Below, piece after piece: positions 7,489 to 16,320 of a stretch of 20,000 nucleotides of DNA. The notes beneath the pieces were generated by a model, which saw only the letters and a list, made by a program, of their open reading frames with translations, had not been told where the DNA came from and did not search any database. This DNA is from an uncultured virus (IMG/VR IMGVR_UViG_3300029258_004661). Taxonomy: Duplodnaviria; Heunggongvirae; Uroviricota; Caudoviricetes. How positions within the stretch are numbered: the stretch's first letter is position 1; every line of letters begins with the position of its first letter. The DNA lies in the IMG/VR virus record IMGVR_UViG_3300029258_004661, positions 53,242 through 73,241 of that record; one strand, 5' to 3'. The translations under genes and the position numbers were made by a program.

Positions 7489-7695
7489 CTAATCTATATA
7501 GTAGCAGGGTCCGCAGTATTCTTCTCCCAGCTCGTTGGTATAGCAATCGCAATACTCGCCGTCTGCCGGGAAATATCTCACTCGGTAGCTTCCGAGCTGT
7601 ACGTTAGCCTTACAAACGATAGCCGCTCCTATAATAACGGTAAAGAGCAAGACCGTGCCTAAGATCCTCATGAAAATATCGTTGTCTGTAAGCAT
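7489..7695 (-). CDS. small membrane or secreted Cys-containing protein
   Basis: Hydrophobic N-terminal helix; CDC...CGPC; AGGAG RBS. Confidence 0.6.
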   Translation of the reverse strand: MLTDNDIFMRILGTVLLFTVIIGAAIVCKANVQLGSYRVRYFPADGEYCDCYTNELGEEYCGPCYYID

Positions 7696-7707
7696 TAATC
7701 TTCTCCT

Positions 7708-7920
7708 CTAGGTCCGGAAAGAAATATCGCCGGGCATAATAACATGGGTGAGAATCTTCTCTTCCATATTAACAGTCGCTCGCCACTCTACAATAGCGAT
7801 AGGCATTACTGCCCGGCAGGGGTCGAACTGCGGGAATCGAATCTCCTTCGGGGTAGGGGCGAGAACAACGCCCCTCCGATTAAGAGCAGTATACGCAGCC
7901 CTCTTGATCTTTTCTATCAT
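7708..7920 (-). CDS. hypothetical protein
   Basis: 70-aa ORF in the P2 cassette. Confidence 0.6.
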   Translation of the reverse strand: MIEKIKRAAYTALNRRGVVLAPTPKEIRFPQFDPCRAVMPIAIVEWRATVNMEEKILTHVIMPGDISFRT

Positions 7921-7924
7921 TATC

Positions 7925-8113
7925 TTAATCCTTTCGTTTAACTGCGGGCAGACAGCACCCGCAGTCGACCAGCGTAGCCAGTCGCTCAGTCAGCTGCTCG
8001 GCCATCTCCTTGGCCCTATCGGGGTCGAACGACCCCGATACCACCTCGTATTCAGGACCGCAGTGCTCGGTCCTGAAGTAGACTACGTACTCTGTTAACC
8101 CTCTCCATACCAT
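7925..8113 (-). CDS. hypothetical protein
   Basis: AAAGGAG RBS; first gene after P2. Confidence 0.6.
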   Translation of the reverse strand: MVWRGLTEYVVYFRTEHCGPEYEVVSGSFDPDRAKEMAEQLTERLATLVDCGCCLPAVKRKD

Positions 8114-8174
8114 TATCTTCTCCTTTCTGTTTCTATTTAAACGATAAACGCACCTGCCTGCACCCTATACAGTA

Positions 8175-8190
8175 TGCAGCTCCCATGCCA
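8175..8190 (-). promoter_or_regulatory. sigma54 promoter P2
   Basis: TGGCA-TGGGAG-CTGCA. Confidence 0.7.
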
Positions 8191-8491
8191 ACTGTAAAAG
8201 AGTAATCTATTCAAGGGGCAGTTCCCAGGCTGTGCTTATCGTACATGGGTCTGTGACTCTATTTGTTAATCTAGTGGCTCTTTTTGTAATCTTTTTATGA
8301 TCTTCTTATCTACTCTAAATATATAATCTGACGTCTTTGACGTCTTTTTGTACTTTTATAATCTTTTTTATACGATATCTTAGAGTTTTTATAACTTCCG
8401 ATGGATTTTTGGTACGATATCTGCATAAGTGGAGCTCTTTAGCCAGATTTGAGATGGGGATGAAAGAGGAAAAGAGCAGGTTATTCCTAAA

Positions 8492-8570
8492 ATAACGATA
8501 CAAATAACGATACAGATAACGATACAGATATAGATGGTATATGCTAAGATAACGATACAGATATAGATGG
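8492..8570. repeat. 12-bp repeat ATAACGATACAR x3 plus a fourth copy
   Basis: Direct reading. Confidence 0.8.
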
Positions 8571-9345
8571 GGACAAAAGAGAAAAGGGGCAGGATATTGG
8601 TGATTATTTATATAAATCAGATACTACCAACTATTAGAGGACGTCGTTCTCCTGATTTTCGGGGTGGTAATAGACTAGATTTCTGGACAGAGTGATATAT
8701 ATATATATATTGTTTCCCGACTAGAGTAATGGAGGCAGAGGCATTAGAGCACAGATACCAGGAGTCTGGAGGGGTAGATATAGATGTCTGCAATAGATGA
8801 ATAGATATAGAGGTCTTTGATAGAGCTCTGCGTTACGAGGTCTACCCGCTCTTAACCAGACGTCTCAGTTGTGTAGTATATTACGAGGTAGTATTTGTTA
8901 CGAGGGGTTTGGTTAGGGGTAGGTAAATCAATCGTAAGGCGTTCGATTGTATTAGGGTAGGCTCAGGTATTAGTTTAGGGCTAGAGTAACGGCTACGGGC
9001 ATCGTAGAAAGTTCTAGATATATAGAGGGGCTAGGGGTTGGGGGGGGTATTTTATATGATAGCAGGGGTAGAGGTCTATAGTATTATGTGTTGTATAGTA
9101 CGTCTATTGCATCTATTCAAAGAAAAGCCTATGGTCTTAAATACAGGCTGAGAGTCTTTTCAGGATGAGCGGATTTTTAGTAGTCGCCTTCGAGGTTTAT
9201 AAAGTAGCGGTAGAGATATTTACGGCCTTGTGGGTAAATATCTATAGAGGCGACGAATAGTTTATAGGTATGCTCGTTGATATTGTAGCCGCTGTTGTTG
9301 TTGTTTATCTGATCTAAAAACACATTTGAAACATAGCTCTTCTCC

Positions 9346-9558
9346 TTACAGGTGTTTTCTGATAAGTTGATCTATATCTACTTCGTTACCGTTTTTATCG
9401 TATATAGGCCCGTAGGCTCTTACGGCAGTCGGAAGGGAGGCTAGGGTACAGAAGAACCGAGCCGCGGTGGGTTCGTTACCAGCAGACATATACACATCTG
9501 TTTTGTGTAAGTAGTAGGTCTGCTCGTACTTATAGCCTATAATCAGAGGTTTAAACAT
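9346..9558 (-). CDS. hypothetical protein
   Basis: AAGGAG RBS; overlaps the stop of the upstream gene. Confidence 0.65.
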   Translation of the reverse strand: MFKPLIIGYKYEQTYYLHKTDVYMSAGNEPTAARFFCTLASLPTAVRAYGPIYDKNGNEVDIDQLIRKHL

Positions 9559-9973
9559 CTTCGCTCCTTTCTTCCAGTAGTCGTTTAAGGTAGCAGTATT
9601 CGTTAAAGGCGAGGTAGAGGGAACGCAGGTCAGAAACCTTCCAGCCCTCCCAGCGTTTTTCTCTGCCTATACGAGCACAGGTAGTCCGAGCCTTAACGTA
9701 TCTGTTCCACTGATCGTACGGAGTATTCTGGCAATCACTCAGCTCTGACTCTTCGAAGACGGGGCATCGGTGGATATTCTCGTTATTGTCAATAAGGTCG
9801 TTAAAGTTGACGGGCTCTCCGTCGGTAGTCGTACAGCAGTACTCGTTGTAGTGTTGACACAGAGGGCAGTTCTGCCCGCCGCGGTCGACGCCGTTAGCAA
9901 AGCATATCTGATACCACTTATCTACCGCACCTTCCAGTAGCCATCGGTCAAGATTAACCTTGGTAACTGACAT
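9551..9973 (-). CDS. Cys-rich hypothetical protein (CPLC...CC...CP...C)
   Basis: ORF 9551..9988; ATG (MSVTKV) after AAGGAG. Confidence 0.7.
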   Translation of the reverse strand: MSVTKVNLDRWLLEGAVDKWYQICFANGVDRGGQNCPLCQHYNEYCCTTTDGEPVNFNDLIDNNENIHRCPVFEESELSDCQNTPYDQWNRYVKARTTCARIGREKRWEGWKVSDLRSLYLAFNEYCYLKRLLEERSEDV

Positions 9974-10097
9974 ATCTTCTCCTTCCACTAGGACGGGGAC
10001 GCTTTTGGCCCCCGCCCGGACCGGTTTTACTTCTTCGAAGCGATAATATCAGCCTTCGGCAGCGGCTGGGGCAGGTCGTCAAACCACCCCCAATTCA

Positions 10098-10229
10098 TCA
10101 TCGGGTCGTCACCGCTTCCGCCCATGTCCTGCCAGAGGCACAGAGTTCATAATCATCGGCTTGGGCTTTAATCTCATTACCGACGGTTCCCATGTGCCGC
10201 ACCTTGAGGATTCTTATTTCTTTCGCCAT
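10098..10229 (-). CDS. small hypothetical protein (43 aa, MAKEIRILKV...), possibly the truncated part of a frameshifted gene
   Basis: GGGAG RBS; manual translation. Confidence 0.4.
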   Translation of the reverse strand: MAKEIRILKVRHMGTVGNEIKAQADDYELCASGRTWAEAVTTR

Positions 10230-10241
10230 CGTTATATCTCC

Positions 10242-10556
10242 CTACTTATAGGTTATGCGGAACCTAACTCCTGCTCCGCCCAATACGGCCAGTATCAGGT
10301 CTTCGTAGGCGCGGCTGGCAAAGGTCTGACAGGACCAGTGCCCGGCCCCGTCCCTGAGGTACTGGAATCCCCGCCTTTCCTTCCAATTAATAGTGATTCT
10401 GTCTTCCGGGTCAAGCTGGTTGGGCTCGTTGATCTTGAAGGTGATGTGTGTCTGGTCAACGTGCTCCAGGGCCGACTGGAATTCCGTAATAATGTCAACC
10501 CATTCACTCTTGGTGTGTGCCCTCGCCGTCCACTCAATAATTCTGATTCCCGGCAT
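10242..10556 (-). CDS. hypothetical protein
   Basis: AAGGAG RBS; 104 aa. Confidence 0.7.
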   Translation of the reverse strand: MPGIRIIEWTARAHTKSEWVDIITEFQSALEHVDQTHITFKINEPNQLDPEDRITINWKERRGFQYLRDGAGHWSCQTFASRAYEDLILAVLGGAGVRFRITYK

Positions 10557-10610
10557 TGTCTTCTCCTTTTTGGTTGGGGTTAGGGCGGGACAAGCCCGCC
10601 CTGTTCCCGA

Positions 10611-10979
10611 TTACTCACCGTAATACTGCCGACAGCCCGCCATATGGTCATTGTGAATACTCAAGTCGGCATCAGTTGGCCGAACACCAGTTATCCAGTA
10701 AATCAGCATATCATGAATAGGCCCGAAGACAGCCACATCACAGGCAAGTTCGTCGCCCCCGGTTGCCCTATCAATAATACAACCGACACAGCCATTCGGC
10801 TGGTCATGGCAGGAGCCCCTTGCCTTGATAACATCAATCAGGATATCAAACCGTTCCACATGGGTTCCGTCGGTTTCGATTTCGCCCTTTTCGATTGCCT
10901 TGAGCACGACCGCCCATTCATCAGCCGTAAGCCGACCAGTGGGCTTTCCCTGCTCAATAAGACGAAGCTTCTCATTCAT
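10611..10979 (-). CDS. hypothetical protein
   Basis: AAAGGAG RBS; first gene after P3. Confidence 0.7.
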   Translation of the reverse strand: MNEKLRLIEQGKPTGRLTADEWAVVLKAIEKGEIETDGTHVERFDILIDVIKARGSCHDQPNGCVGCIIDRATGGDELACDVAVFGPIHDMLIYWITGVRPTDADLSIHNDHMAGCRQYYGE

Positions 10980-11041
10980 AATTTTGTCTCCTTTCTACTT
11001 CGGGTTAACGACAAATGCTTCTGCCATACGCACATATAGGG

Positions 11042-11057
11042 TGCAACTCCTGTGCCA
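11042..11057 (-). promoter_or_regulatory. sigma54 promoter P3
   Basis: TGGCA-CAGGAG-TTGCA. Confidence 0.8.
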
Positions 11058-11182
11058 ACCCGAATAGATTAGTCGTTACAGGGGCAGGATGTTGTAGGTA
11101 GCGGCAAGCGATATCTAATTGTGACAATCTGCGGCAAAAGATAAGCAAAAAGAGTCATAGGGTAATCTTATCGGGTAGGAGG

Positions 11183-11299
11183 TCTAGCTCGTAACTCGTA
11201 ATCTAGCTCGTAACTCGTAATCTAGCTCTTTCTCGTAACTCTTTAAGTACGAAATATATATTACGAGTCTTACGTGTTACGAGTCAGGCGTATTACGAG
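11183..11299. repeat. cluster of 5 CTCGTAA and 3 TTACGAG (inverted), including a 19-bp tandem duplication
   Basis: CTCGTAA at 11188, 11195, 11207, 11214 and 11232; TTACGAG at 11261, 11277 and 11293. Confidence 0.85.
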
Positions 11300-11358
11300 C
11301 CACGTAGAGCCGTTTTAAAGCCTTCGAGCCTTCTAGGCGGGCTTGAGTACCTATTTTA

Positions 11359-11401
11359 AGAAAAAAGGCGTCTAAGGGCATCCTGAGCAGCCTGAGACGC
11401 C
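11359..11401 (-). terminator. probable intrinsic terminator
   Basis: GGCGTCT...AGACGCC stem followed by a T-run on the minus strand. Confidence 0.5.
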
Positions 11402-11447
11402 CCTTTAAACCTATTTCCTGCTGACAGAAGCAGGCAGGGGTCGAAAA

Positions 11448-11972
11448 TCACCCTTCAGGCTCTAATTCGATCAAGTCGGTTTCAGGGTTATAACGAGCCC
11501 CGCGGCCTGAGATCAGTGTAATGATAGAGGCCAGCTTATTGCCATCAAAAGGGGAAAGGTCACGCAGATCCTCATAGGCCATTGTCAAGGCATCGTCAAG
11601 GTTCATGGTCTCAAACTTCGGGGTCATTCCGCCCAAAAGGTCTTCAATGGCCCTCCTCATATTGGACCAATAGGTCGTGCGGTCAAGCTCGTTATCGGTA
11701 AACCATGTTGGATACTCACCGCCACCATCATGCTCGGCCTCAATTTCAAGAATCTTGTTGAGAGCCTCAACGAAAAACCCTTCGGTAATGAAATTGGGAA
11801 TAGCAAATTCAGATAAAGGGCACCAGTCAGGAGTATGGCTTGTTACATCAATACTCTCAAGACTTTTTGTCATTTCCCAACACGAATAATGCCCAACACT
11901 GTGAAGATGCACATTCGGGCAACCGATGCACGCACTGATCTTCATGATTTTCATTTTTGGTCTTTTACTCAT
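11448..11972 (-). CDS. hypothetical protein with N-terminal Cys cluster (CIGCP...C...PDWCPL)
   Basis: 174-aa ORF; AAGGAG RBS. Confidence 0.75.
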   Translation of the reverse strand: MSKRPKMKIMKISACIGCPNVHLHSVGHYSCWEMTKSLESIDVTSHTPDWCPLSEFAIPNFITEGFFVEALNKILEIEAEHDGGGEYPTWFTDNELDRTTYWSNMRRAIEDLLGGMTPKFETMNLDDALTMAYEDLRDLSPFDGNKLASIITLISGRGARYNPETDLIELEPEG

Positions 11973-12009
11973 GGCATTTCTCCTTATGCTGTTGCAGTAA
12001 GCCTCATGA

Positions 12010-12213
12010 TCATTCCTCCGTTGAGTATTTATCTATTTCGAGCAAAAGATCAAGATACCCATCCTCACCGCCAACATCTTTGTATACTTTCTCAAATTCC
12101 TCCTTTACTCCTGAGTGTTTCAGGCAGGCTACTCCCTTAGGGGTAATCACCCACACATCTTCGTAAAACGGGTTTTTCTTACCACAGATAACGCAAGGGG
12201 GTGCGAGTTTCAT
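12010..12213 (-). CDS. small Zn-finger-like protein (CVIC...CLKH)
   Basis: AAGGAG RBS. Confidence 0.65.
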   Translation of the reverse strand: MKLAPPCVICGKKNPFYEDVWVITPKGVACLKHSGVKEEFEKVYKDVGGEDGYLDLLLEIDKYSTEE

Positions 12214-12225
12214 AGCTTTCTCCTT

Positions 12226-12402
12226 TTATTCGGTTAGACCCTCTACGGGGCAGTAACACCCGCAAGGCTCGTTCAGGTTTACATCAAACTCATGCGAGCA
12301 TTCAACTCCTGGCGCATTCTCTGCCATTGTTTGCGCCACTTCCTCGCACCAGTTCAGGGCGAAGAATTCACAGTGAATACATACAGTATCGGCTCTACTC
12401 AT
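12226..12402 (-). CDS. small Cys-rich protein (58 aa, MSRADTVCIHCEFFALNWCEE...), not in the ORF track
   Basis: AAGGAG RBS; ATGA overlap with the upstream stop; fills the gap exactly. Confidence 0.7.
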   Translation of the reverse strand: MSRADTVCIHCEFFALNWCEEVAQTMAENAPGVECSHEFDVNLNEPCGCYCPVEGLTE

Positions 12403-12740
12403 ATCAAACTCCTTTCAATCATTGGATTAAGGTGGTTGATGTCCCATGTTGGGGGCGACCCATCAAACCAAACAACCCAGACAACCGCTTCGCCGCAATC
12501 CTGACAGAAATACTCATCCCACAGCTTGTTCCCCTCATAGCAGTTGCCGACGTGCGGTTCAAGCCGGATGCTTCCGCAGAACGGGCAGGGATCAGGGGTG
12601 CGGTGAAGCAAGACGGTAGCCCACTCACTGTCGTTAAGCCAGTATGCCGGGGCGTACTCCCACGAAACACCGCCGCGGATATCAAGCACTTCCCGCTCTT
12701 CTTCTTCCATTACCCCTTCAGGCAGATTGTATGCTGGCAT
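12399..12740 (-). CDS. acidic Zn-ribbon protein (PCPFCG...CQDCG), reminiscent of Lar-like restriction-alleviation proteins
   Basis: Motif pattern only; AAGGAG RBS. Confidence 0.55.
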   Translation of the reverse strand: MPAYNLPEGVMEEEEREVLDIRGGVSWEYAPAYWLNDSEWATVLLHRTPDPCPFCGSIRLEPHVGNCYEGNKLWDEYFCQDCGEAVVWVVWFDGSPPTWDINHLNPMIERSLI

Positions 12741-12743
12741 TTT

Positions 12744-13031
12744 TTAAACTCCTTTACACACAATGCTCCTAAGTTGGTTGCGCCGAACAGCAGACAACTG
12801 ATGGTAACTGTCTGCCAACTGCCTAAACAAGACAGCGTGCCGGGGGTTCATCTGAGTGATGCCGGGGCTCGCCTCAAACACCCGCTCGATGGAAGAAAGC
12901 ATACCGTCATAGAAAGATTCCAACCGGGTTCCGTAGAATTCGATTTCCTTCACAGGCTTGGGGTCCCGGTTATGCCTGTGTTCAGTATAGCCTCTGGAAC
13001 GCTTACCGCCTCTAAATCTTACATTCGCCAT
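12744..13031 (-). CDS. hypothetical protein
   Basis: AAAGGAG RBS; first gene after P4. Confidence 0.7.
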   Translation of the reverse strand: MANVRFRGGKRSRGYTEHRHNRDPKPVKEIEFYGTRLESFYDGMLSSIERVFEASPGITQMNPRHAVLFRQLADSYHQLSAVRRNQLRSIVCKGV

Positions 13032-13088
13032 AGTAGTCTCCTTTCGGTTGTTGTGTCGGTTGGGTTCAACGCTTACACCCTATTTGTA

Positions 13089-13104
13089 TGCAACACCCAT
13101 GCCA
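13089..13104 (-). promoter_or_regulatory. sigma54 promoter P4
   Basis: TGGCA-TGGGTG-TTGCA. Confidence 0.8.
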
Positions 13105-13219
13105 GCCTGAAAAAGAGTAATCTATTTAAGGAAGAGAAATATGGTCTGTTAATCTCAGTGCCGCAAAGAGTCATTAGAGCGCCGTAAAGAGTTACTAAAA
13201 CGATATCCGTTAATAAGAT

Positions 13220-13262
13220 AAAAAAGGCCCGCAGGGGCGAAAGGAGTTTAATTCCCCTGCGG
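13220..13262 (-). terminator. probable intrinsic terminator
   Basis: CCGCAGGGG...CCCCTGCGG stem followed by a T-run on the minus strand, after the 13279 stop. Confidence 0.6.
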
Positions 13263-13278
13263 ACTCGTAGGTTCTAGG

Positions 13279-13641
13279 TTATACTGTTGGTAACTTATAT
13301 AGCTCGTAGCCACAGGTCTCAAGCGATTCCTTAATTCTGGCGCAAAGCTGGCAAGTCGCCTCATTGCGTAGGTCGTACTGGCCGCGGGCGTAGCGGTCGG
13401 CATTCATTTGAATCCATCCGCAAACCAGCCCCATGAAGTTTTGCTGGAGCGTGCGGTGCTGACTGCCCATCGCCTCAACAAAGGCTTTGGCAGGATCATC
13501 GCTGAAATTGTTGATAAGGCGTGCGACCTGCTCAGCCGCGGCCTTGGCCTGCTCCATGTATTCTTCTTTGTAGGGCATTTCTTCCTCCATTTTTTTGAGT
13601 CTTTTTTCTATTCTCTTATGTGTGTCTCTCATGCTAGGCAT
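13279..13641 (-). CDS. hypothetical protein
   Basis: AAGGAGG RBS; 120 aa. Confidence 0.75.
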   Translation of the reverse strand: MPSMRDTHKRIEKRLKKMEEEMPYKEEYMEQAKAAAEQVARLINNFSDDPAKAFVEAMGSQHRTLQQNFMGLVCGWIQMNADRYARGQYDLRNEATCQLCARIKESLETCGYELYKLPTV

Positions 13642-13650
13642 AGTGCCTCC

Positions 13651-13857
13651 TTATATCCAGTCAAGTTGTTGCCATTTGGTCAGAGCTGATTCATCGGCAA
13701 AGTATTCCTCAAGCAAAGACCTGAGCTTTTGGGTGTTTTGTTCTCTGGTAAAGAGTTCATAGAGTATTTCACCAATGTTATCGCAATGCTCGCTGGTGTC
13801 TGATAGAATATCATCAATGATTTGCTCTTTGGTGGCAACCCTTGACATGATGCACAT
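13651..13857 (-). CDS. hypothetical protein (start may be 13848)
   Basis: Fills the gap in the operon. Confidence 0.65.
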   Translation of the reverse strand: MCIMSRVATKEQIIDDILSDTSEHCDNIGEILYELFTREQNTQKLRSLLEEYFADESALTKWQQLDWI

Positions 13858-13859
13858 CC

Positions 13860-14171
13860 TTAAAATTGTTTGAAACCCATAAGGGCGACCACGAAGCGGC
13901 TTCCGTCGGGAATCACAATGACATCACCGACGCTGGTACTTCGCCGACCCTCAACATTACCCTCCATGGTGACACCCTCATTCTCCCACCACGGCCAGTC
14001 AATACTGTTGGTAAGCTGGTAAACAAGATCCAGCATGGGGAAATCGGCAGTAGCGGCCAACTCGTAGCCGCTGGGAAAATCATGAAGGGATTCCAGCAGC
14101 TCTTCATCGCCAAACACACTAAACCGCGGCGGGTCTGCGTGATACACTTTCGTCTTCTTTCCATTTTTCAT
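13860..14171 (-). CDS. conserved phage protein with a YodL-like C-terminal motif (RSTSVGDVIV...FVVALMGFK)
   Basis: Motif resemblance from memory; first gene after P5. Confidence 0.6.
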   Translation of the reverse strand: MKNGKKTKVYHADPPRFSVFGDEELLESLHDFPSGYELAATADFPMLDLVYQLTNSIDWPWWENEGVTMEGNVEGRRSTSVGDVIVIPDGSRFVVALMGFKQF

Positions 14172-14212
14172 TTTCCATTCTCCTTTCGGTGCGGGTTGTT
14201 ACCCTACAGGTA

Positions 14213-14228
14213 TGCAACAGCCATGCCA
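14213..14228 (-). promoter_or_regulatory. sigma54 promoter P5
   Basis: TGGCA-TGGCTG-TTGCA. Confidence 0.8.
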
Positions 14229-14315
14229 ACCTGAAAAAGAGTAGTCTATTCAGGTAACCAATCAAAGGAGTTAATTGTCTAATGACTCTATTTGTTACTG
14301 GAGTGCCGTAAAGAG

Positions 14316-14555
14316 TTACCGGAGAAAGGCGACCAGAGCATCAAGTGTAACCATCTTCCTAGAATCTTGTGTTACGAGCTCTAAGTGCCCATCAGGAATA
14401 TTACGAGAAATTAATAAATTGAAACCATGATTCGGGACTCGCTGTTCAAACTCATGGTATGTGGTAGGATTCACGTAAATAGTACCAAAACTGCCGACAT
14501 CTGCCGGGTTGTAAATCTGGCTCGGCTTACGCCGAAGCGTATTCTTGCAAAACAT
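14316..14555 (-). CDS. hypothetical protein
   Basis: AGGAGG RBS. Confidence 0.65.
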   Translation of the reverse strand: MFCKNTLRRKPSQIYNPADVGSFGTIYVNPTTYHEFEQRVPNHGFNLLISRNIPDGHLELVTQDSRKMVTLDALVAFLR

Positions 14556-14565
14556 TAACCACCTC

Positions 14566-14754
14566 CTAATTATTGGTTGCGCTCACCATCTGATCAACCA
14601 TCTCCTGAGCATCCTCTTTGGTTCCAAAGTAAAAGCTCTGACGGTCGTGTGGTCCACAGGTCTTACACCAGTGGCCAGCATAGTATCCAGCCGCAGACTG
14701 GCAAACCTGCAACTTAAGCTCTTTTCCACAACCTACGCAGTTAATCGTGTTCAT
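14566..14754 (-). CDS. small hypothetical protein (CVGC...SAAGYY.G..C..CGP..R.S.YF)
   Basis: AGGAGG RBS; motif resembles small phage/ICE proteins (from memory). Confidence 0.7.
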   Translation of the reverse strand: MNTINCVGCGKELKLQVCQSAAGYYAGHWCKTCGPHDRQSFYFGTKEDAQEMVDQMVSATNN

Positions 14755-14765
14755 GTTAAGCCTCC

Positions 14766-14978
14766 TTATATTTTGATTCTATACAACTCTTCAGGATAGT
14801 TAAGAAAATTTCTTTTTGAATCAACTCGGCATAAGGCTCTTCTATTTTTTGACACCACCCTGAAAGGCCCTATCCCATACTCCTTACCCTGATGTGTGGC
14901 GTAAAGATATACAATGTCCCCGTCACGAATATCCTTCCACAATACCTTTGTTAATTCTGTTCCGTCCAACGCCTTCAT
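14766..14978 (-). CDS. hypothetical protein
   Basis: AGGAGG RBS. Confidence 0.7.
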   Translation of the reverse strand: MKALDGTELTKVLWKDIRDGDIVYLYATHQGKEYGIGPFRVVSKNRRALCRVDSKRNFLNYPEELYRIKI

Positions 14979-14988
14979 TTTAGCCTCC

Positions 14989-15297
14989 TTATAATGCTAT
15001 CTGTGGGCCGTTATCCTCAATGTCCTGGTGGTAGCCATTGAATTTGGAGCCATAGGCTCTCATGCATCTGGCCATCTTTTTAAGCCAAAGGTAGGAAACA
15101 GCCTCTTCGCCGCTAATAACGACCCTGCTTTTGGAGCCGTTAAATGGAGTGACTTCCACCAACAATCCCTCGTTGTGATTCGTAACAATTCGGCCAATCT
15201 GCATCATGAGGTACTGATAATCAGCATGATCGTAACAATAATGCTCCTCATACAGGTGCCGAACGTATTCAAGATGAATTTTCTTTACATTTGACAT
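14989..15297 (-). CDS. hypothetical protein (MSNVKK...)
   Basis: ORF 14989..15342; ATG at 15297 with AAGGAG RBS. Confidence 0.7.
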   Translation of the reverse strand: MSNVKKIHLEYVRHLYEEHYCYDHADYQYLMMQIGRIVTNHNEGLLVEVTPFNGSKSRVVISGEEAVSYLWLKKMARCMRAYGSKFNGYHQDIEDNGPQIAL

Positions 15298-15308
15298 AGC
15301 TGTTCTCC

Positions 15309-15677
15309 TTAAAGGCTGTTGATGATCGCCCAGGGCGTACACTTGAGCCGCTCTCCCGTTCGCCTGTCAATAACAATAATCTTGTACTTTCTGGCTGAAA
15401 CCTTCCAGCCGTAAATCTCATACGGCACGCCGTTCAGGTGGACCGTGTTGCCTCGCGGCGGAAGTCCAATCCTGGCACGCCTGTTATCATAATCAGTTTG
15501 CTCTCTGGTCAGACCCCCGGCGGCCTTGCACTTGATCTTCATTTCAAACCAGTTTTCATTGTAGGTGGCTCTGGCAGTTTCAAACTCAACTTCAAACTCT
15601 TCCCCTACCAGCTCAAGAGCTTCCTCAATTTTTGGCCTGATCGCCTTCATAAAACCTTCTGTAATTCTTGTCGCCAT
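15309..15677 (-). CDS. hypothetical phage protein
   Basis: AAAGGAGG RBS; first gene after P6. Confidence 0.75.
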   Translation of the reverse strand: MATRITEGFMKAIRPKIEEALELVGEEFEVEFETARATYNENWFEMKIKCKAAGGLTREQTDYDNRRARIGLPPRGNTVHLNGVPYEIYGWKVSARKYKIIVIDRRTGERLKCTPWAIINSL

Positions 15678-15718
15678 AACTTGCCTCCTTTCGGGTTGTG
15701 TGCGTTACCCCAAAGGTA

Positions 15719-15734
15719 TGCAAACAGCGTGCCA
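15719..15734 (-). promoter_or_regulatory. sigma54 promoter P6
   Basis: TGGCA-CGCTGT-TTGCA, a perfect TGGCACG-N4-TTGCA. Confidence 0.85.
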
Positions 15735-15738
15735 TCGT

Positions 15739-15770
15739 AAAAAGGCCCTCTAGGACTATCTTGAGGGCCT
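15739..15770 (-). terminator. probable intrinsic terminator
   Basis: AGGCCCTC...GAGGGCCT stem followed by a T-run. Confidence 0.55.
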
Positions 15771-15813
15771 CGGTGTTTAATCTAGGAATCTAAAGTGACA
15801 CTCTTTGTTACTG

Positions 15814-16302
15814 CTACTGCCTCTTTTTGGCCTCATTTATCTCGACCTTAAGCTGGGCAATCTGCTCTTTCAGCTTGGCGATCATTTCTCGCTTGCCTTC
15901 AATAGTTGTAAGGTCTGGCCCATCATCTGGTTCTTCATTCTTTTCAGGCTCAGGCTCAACTGGATCTTCGGGGGGAATGCCTTCATCTTCAGGTTTTTCT
16001 TCTATATTTTCCAAAGCCCACAGAGGTACTAAATACTCTAGCTCCTTATGCATGGCCTCCTTAGCCGCTGGCGTAGCAAATTTGTCTTTCCAGTCTACTG
16101 ACTGTATGGATCTTGACATAATAAACTCTTCGGGATCACAAATCTGGAATTCATCTTCTTCATATCTGCAAAGAGTGGCGTGGACATCATACCCCACACC
16201 ATAGATCTTTACAGGGGAATCAGATGGTGAGATTTTGACTGTGTCTTTGTCGGCCGCCCATATCACGAGTCTGCCAAACCTTGTTTGTAATACGCTACTC
16301 AT
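15814..16302 (-). CDS. hypothetical protein with acidic Pro-rich linker and C-terminal coiled coil
   Basis: AAGGAGG RBS; 162 aa. Confidence 0.75.
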   Translation of the reverse strand: MSSVLQTRFGRLVIWAADKDTVKISPSDSPVKIYGVGYDVHATLCRYEEDEFQICDPEEFIMSRSIQSVDWKDKFATPAAKEAMHKELEYLVPLWALENIEEKPEDEGIPPEDPVEPEPEKNEEPDDGPDLTTIEGKREMIAKLKEQIAQLKVEINEAKKRQ

Positions 16303-16320
16303 TGTTTCCTCCTTGGTTAA

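Noticed and set aside
8315..8503. 62-aa ORF
   Set aside because: Starts within a tandem repeat, has no RBS and lies in a low-complexity tract.
12327..13187. 286-aa plus-strand ORF and other long antisense ORFs such as 18295..19110
   Set aside because: They shadow RBS-led genes and promoters on the opposite strand and have no recognisable protein features.
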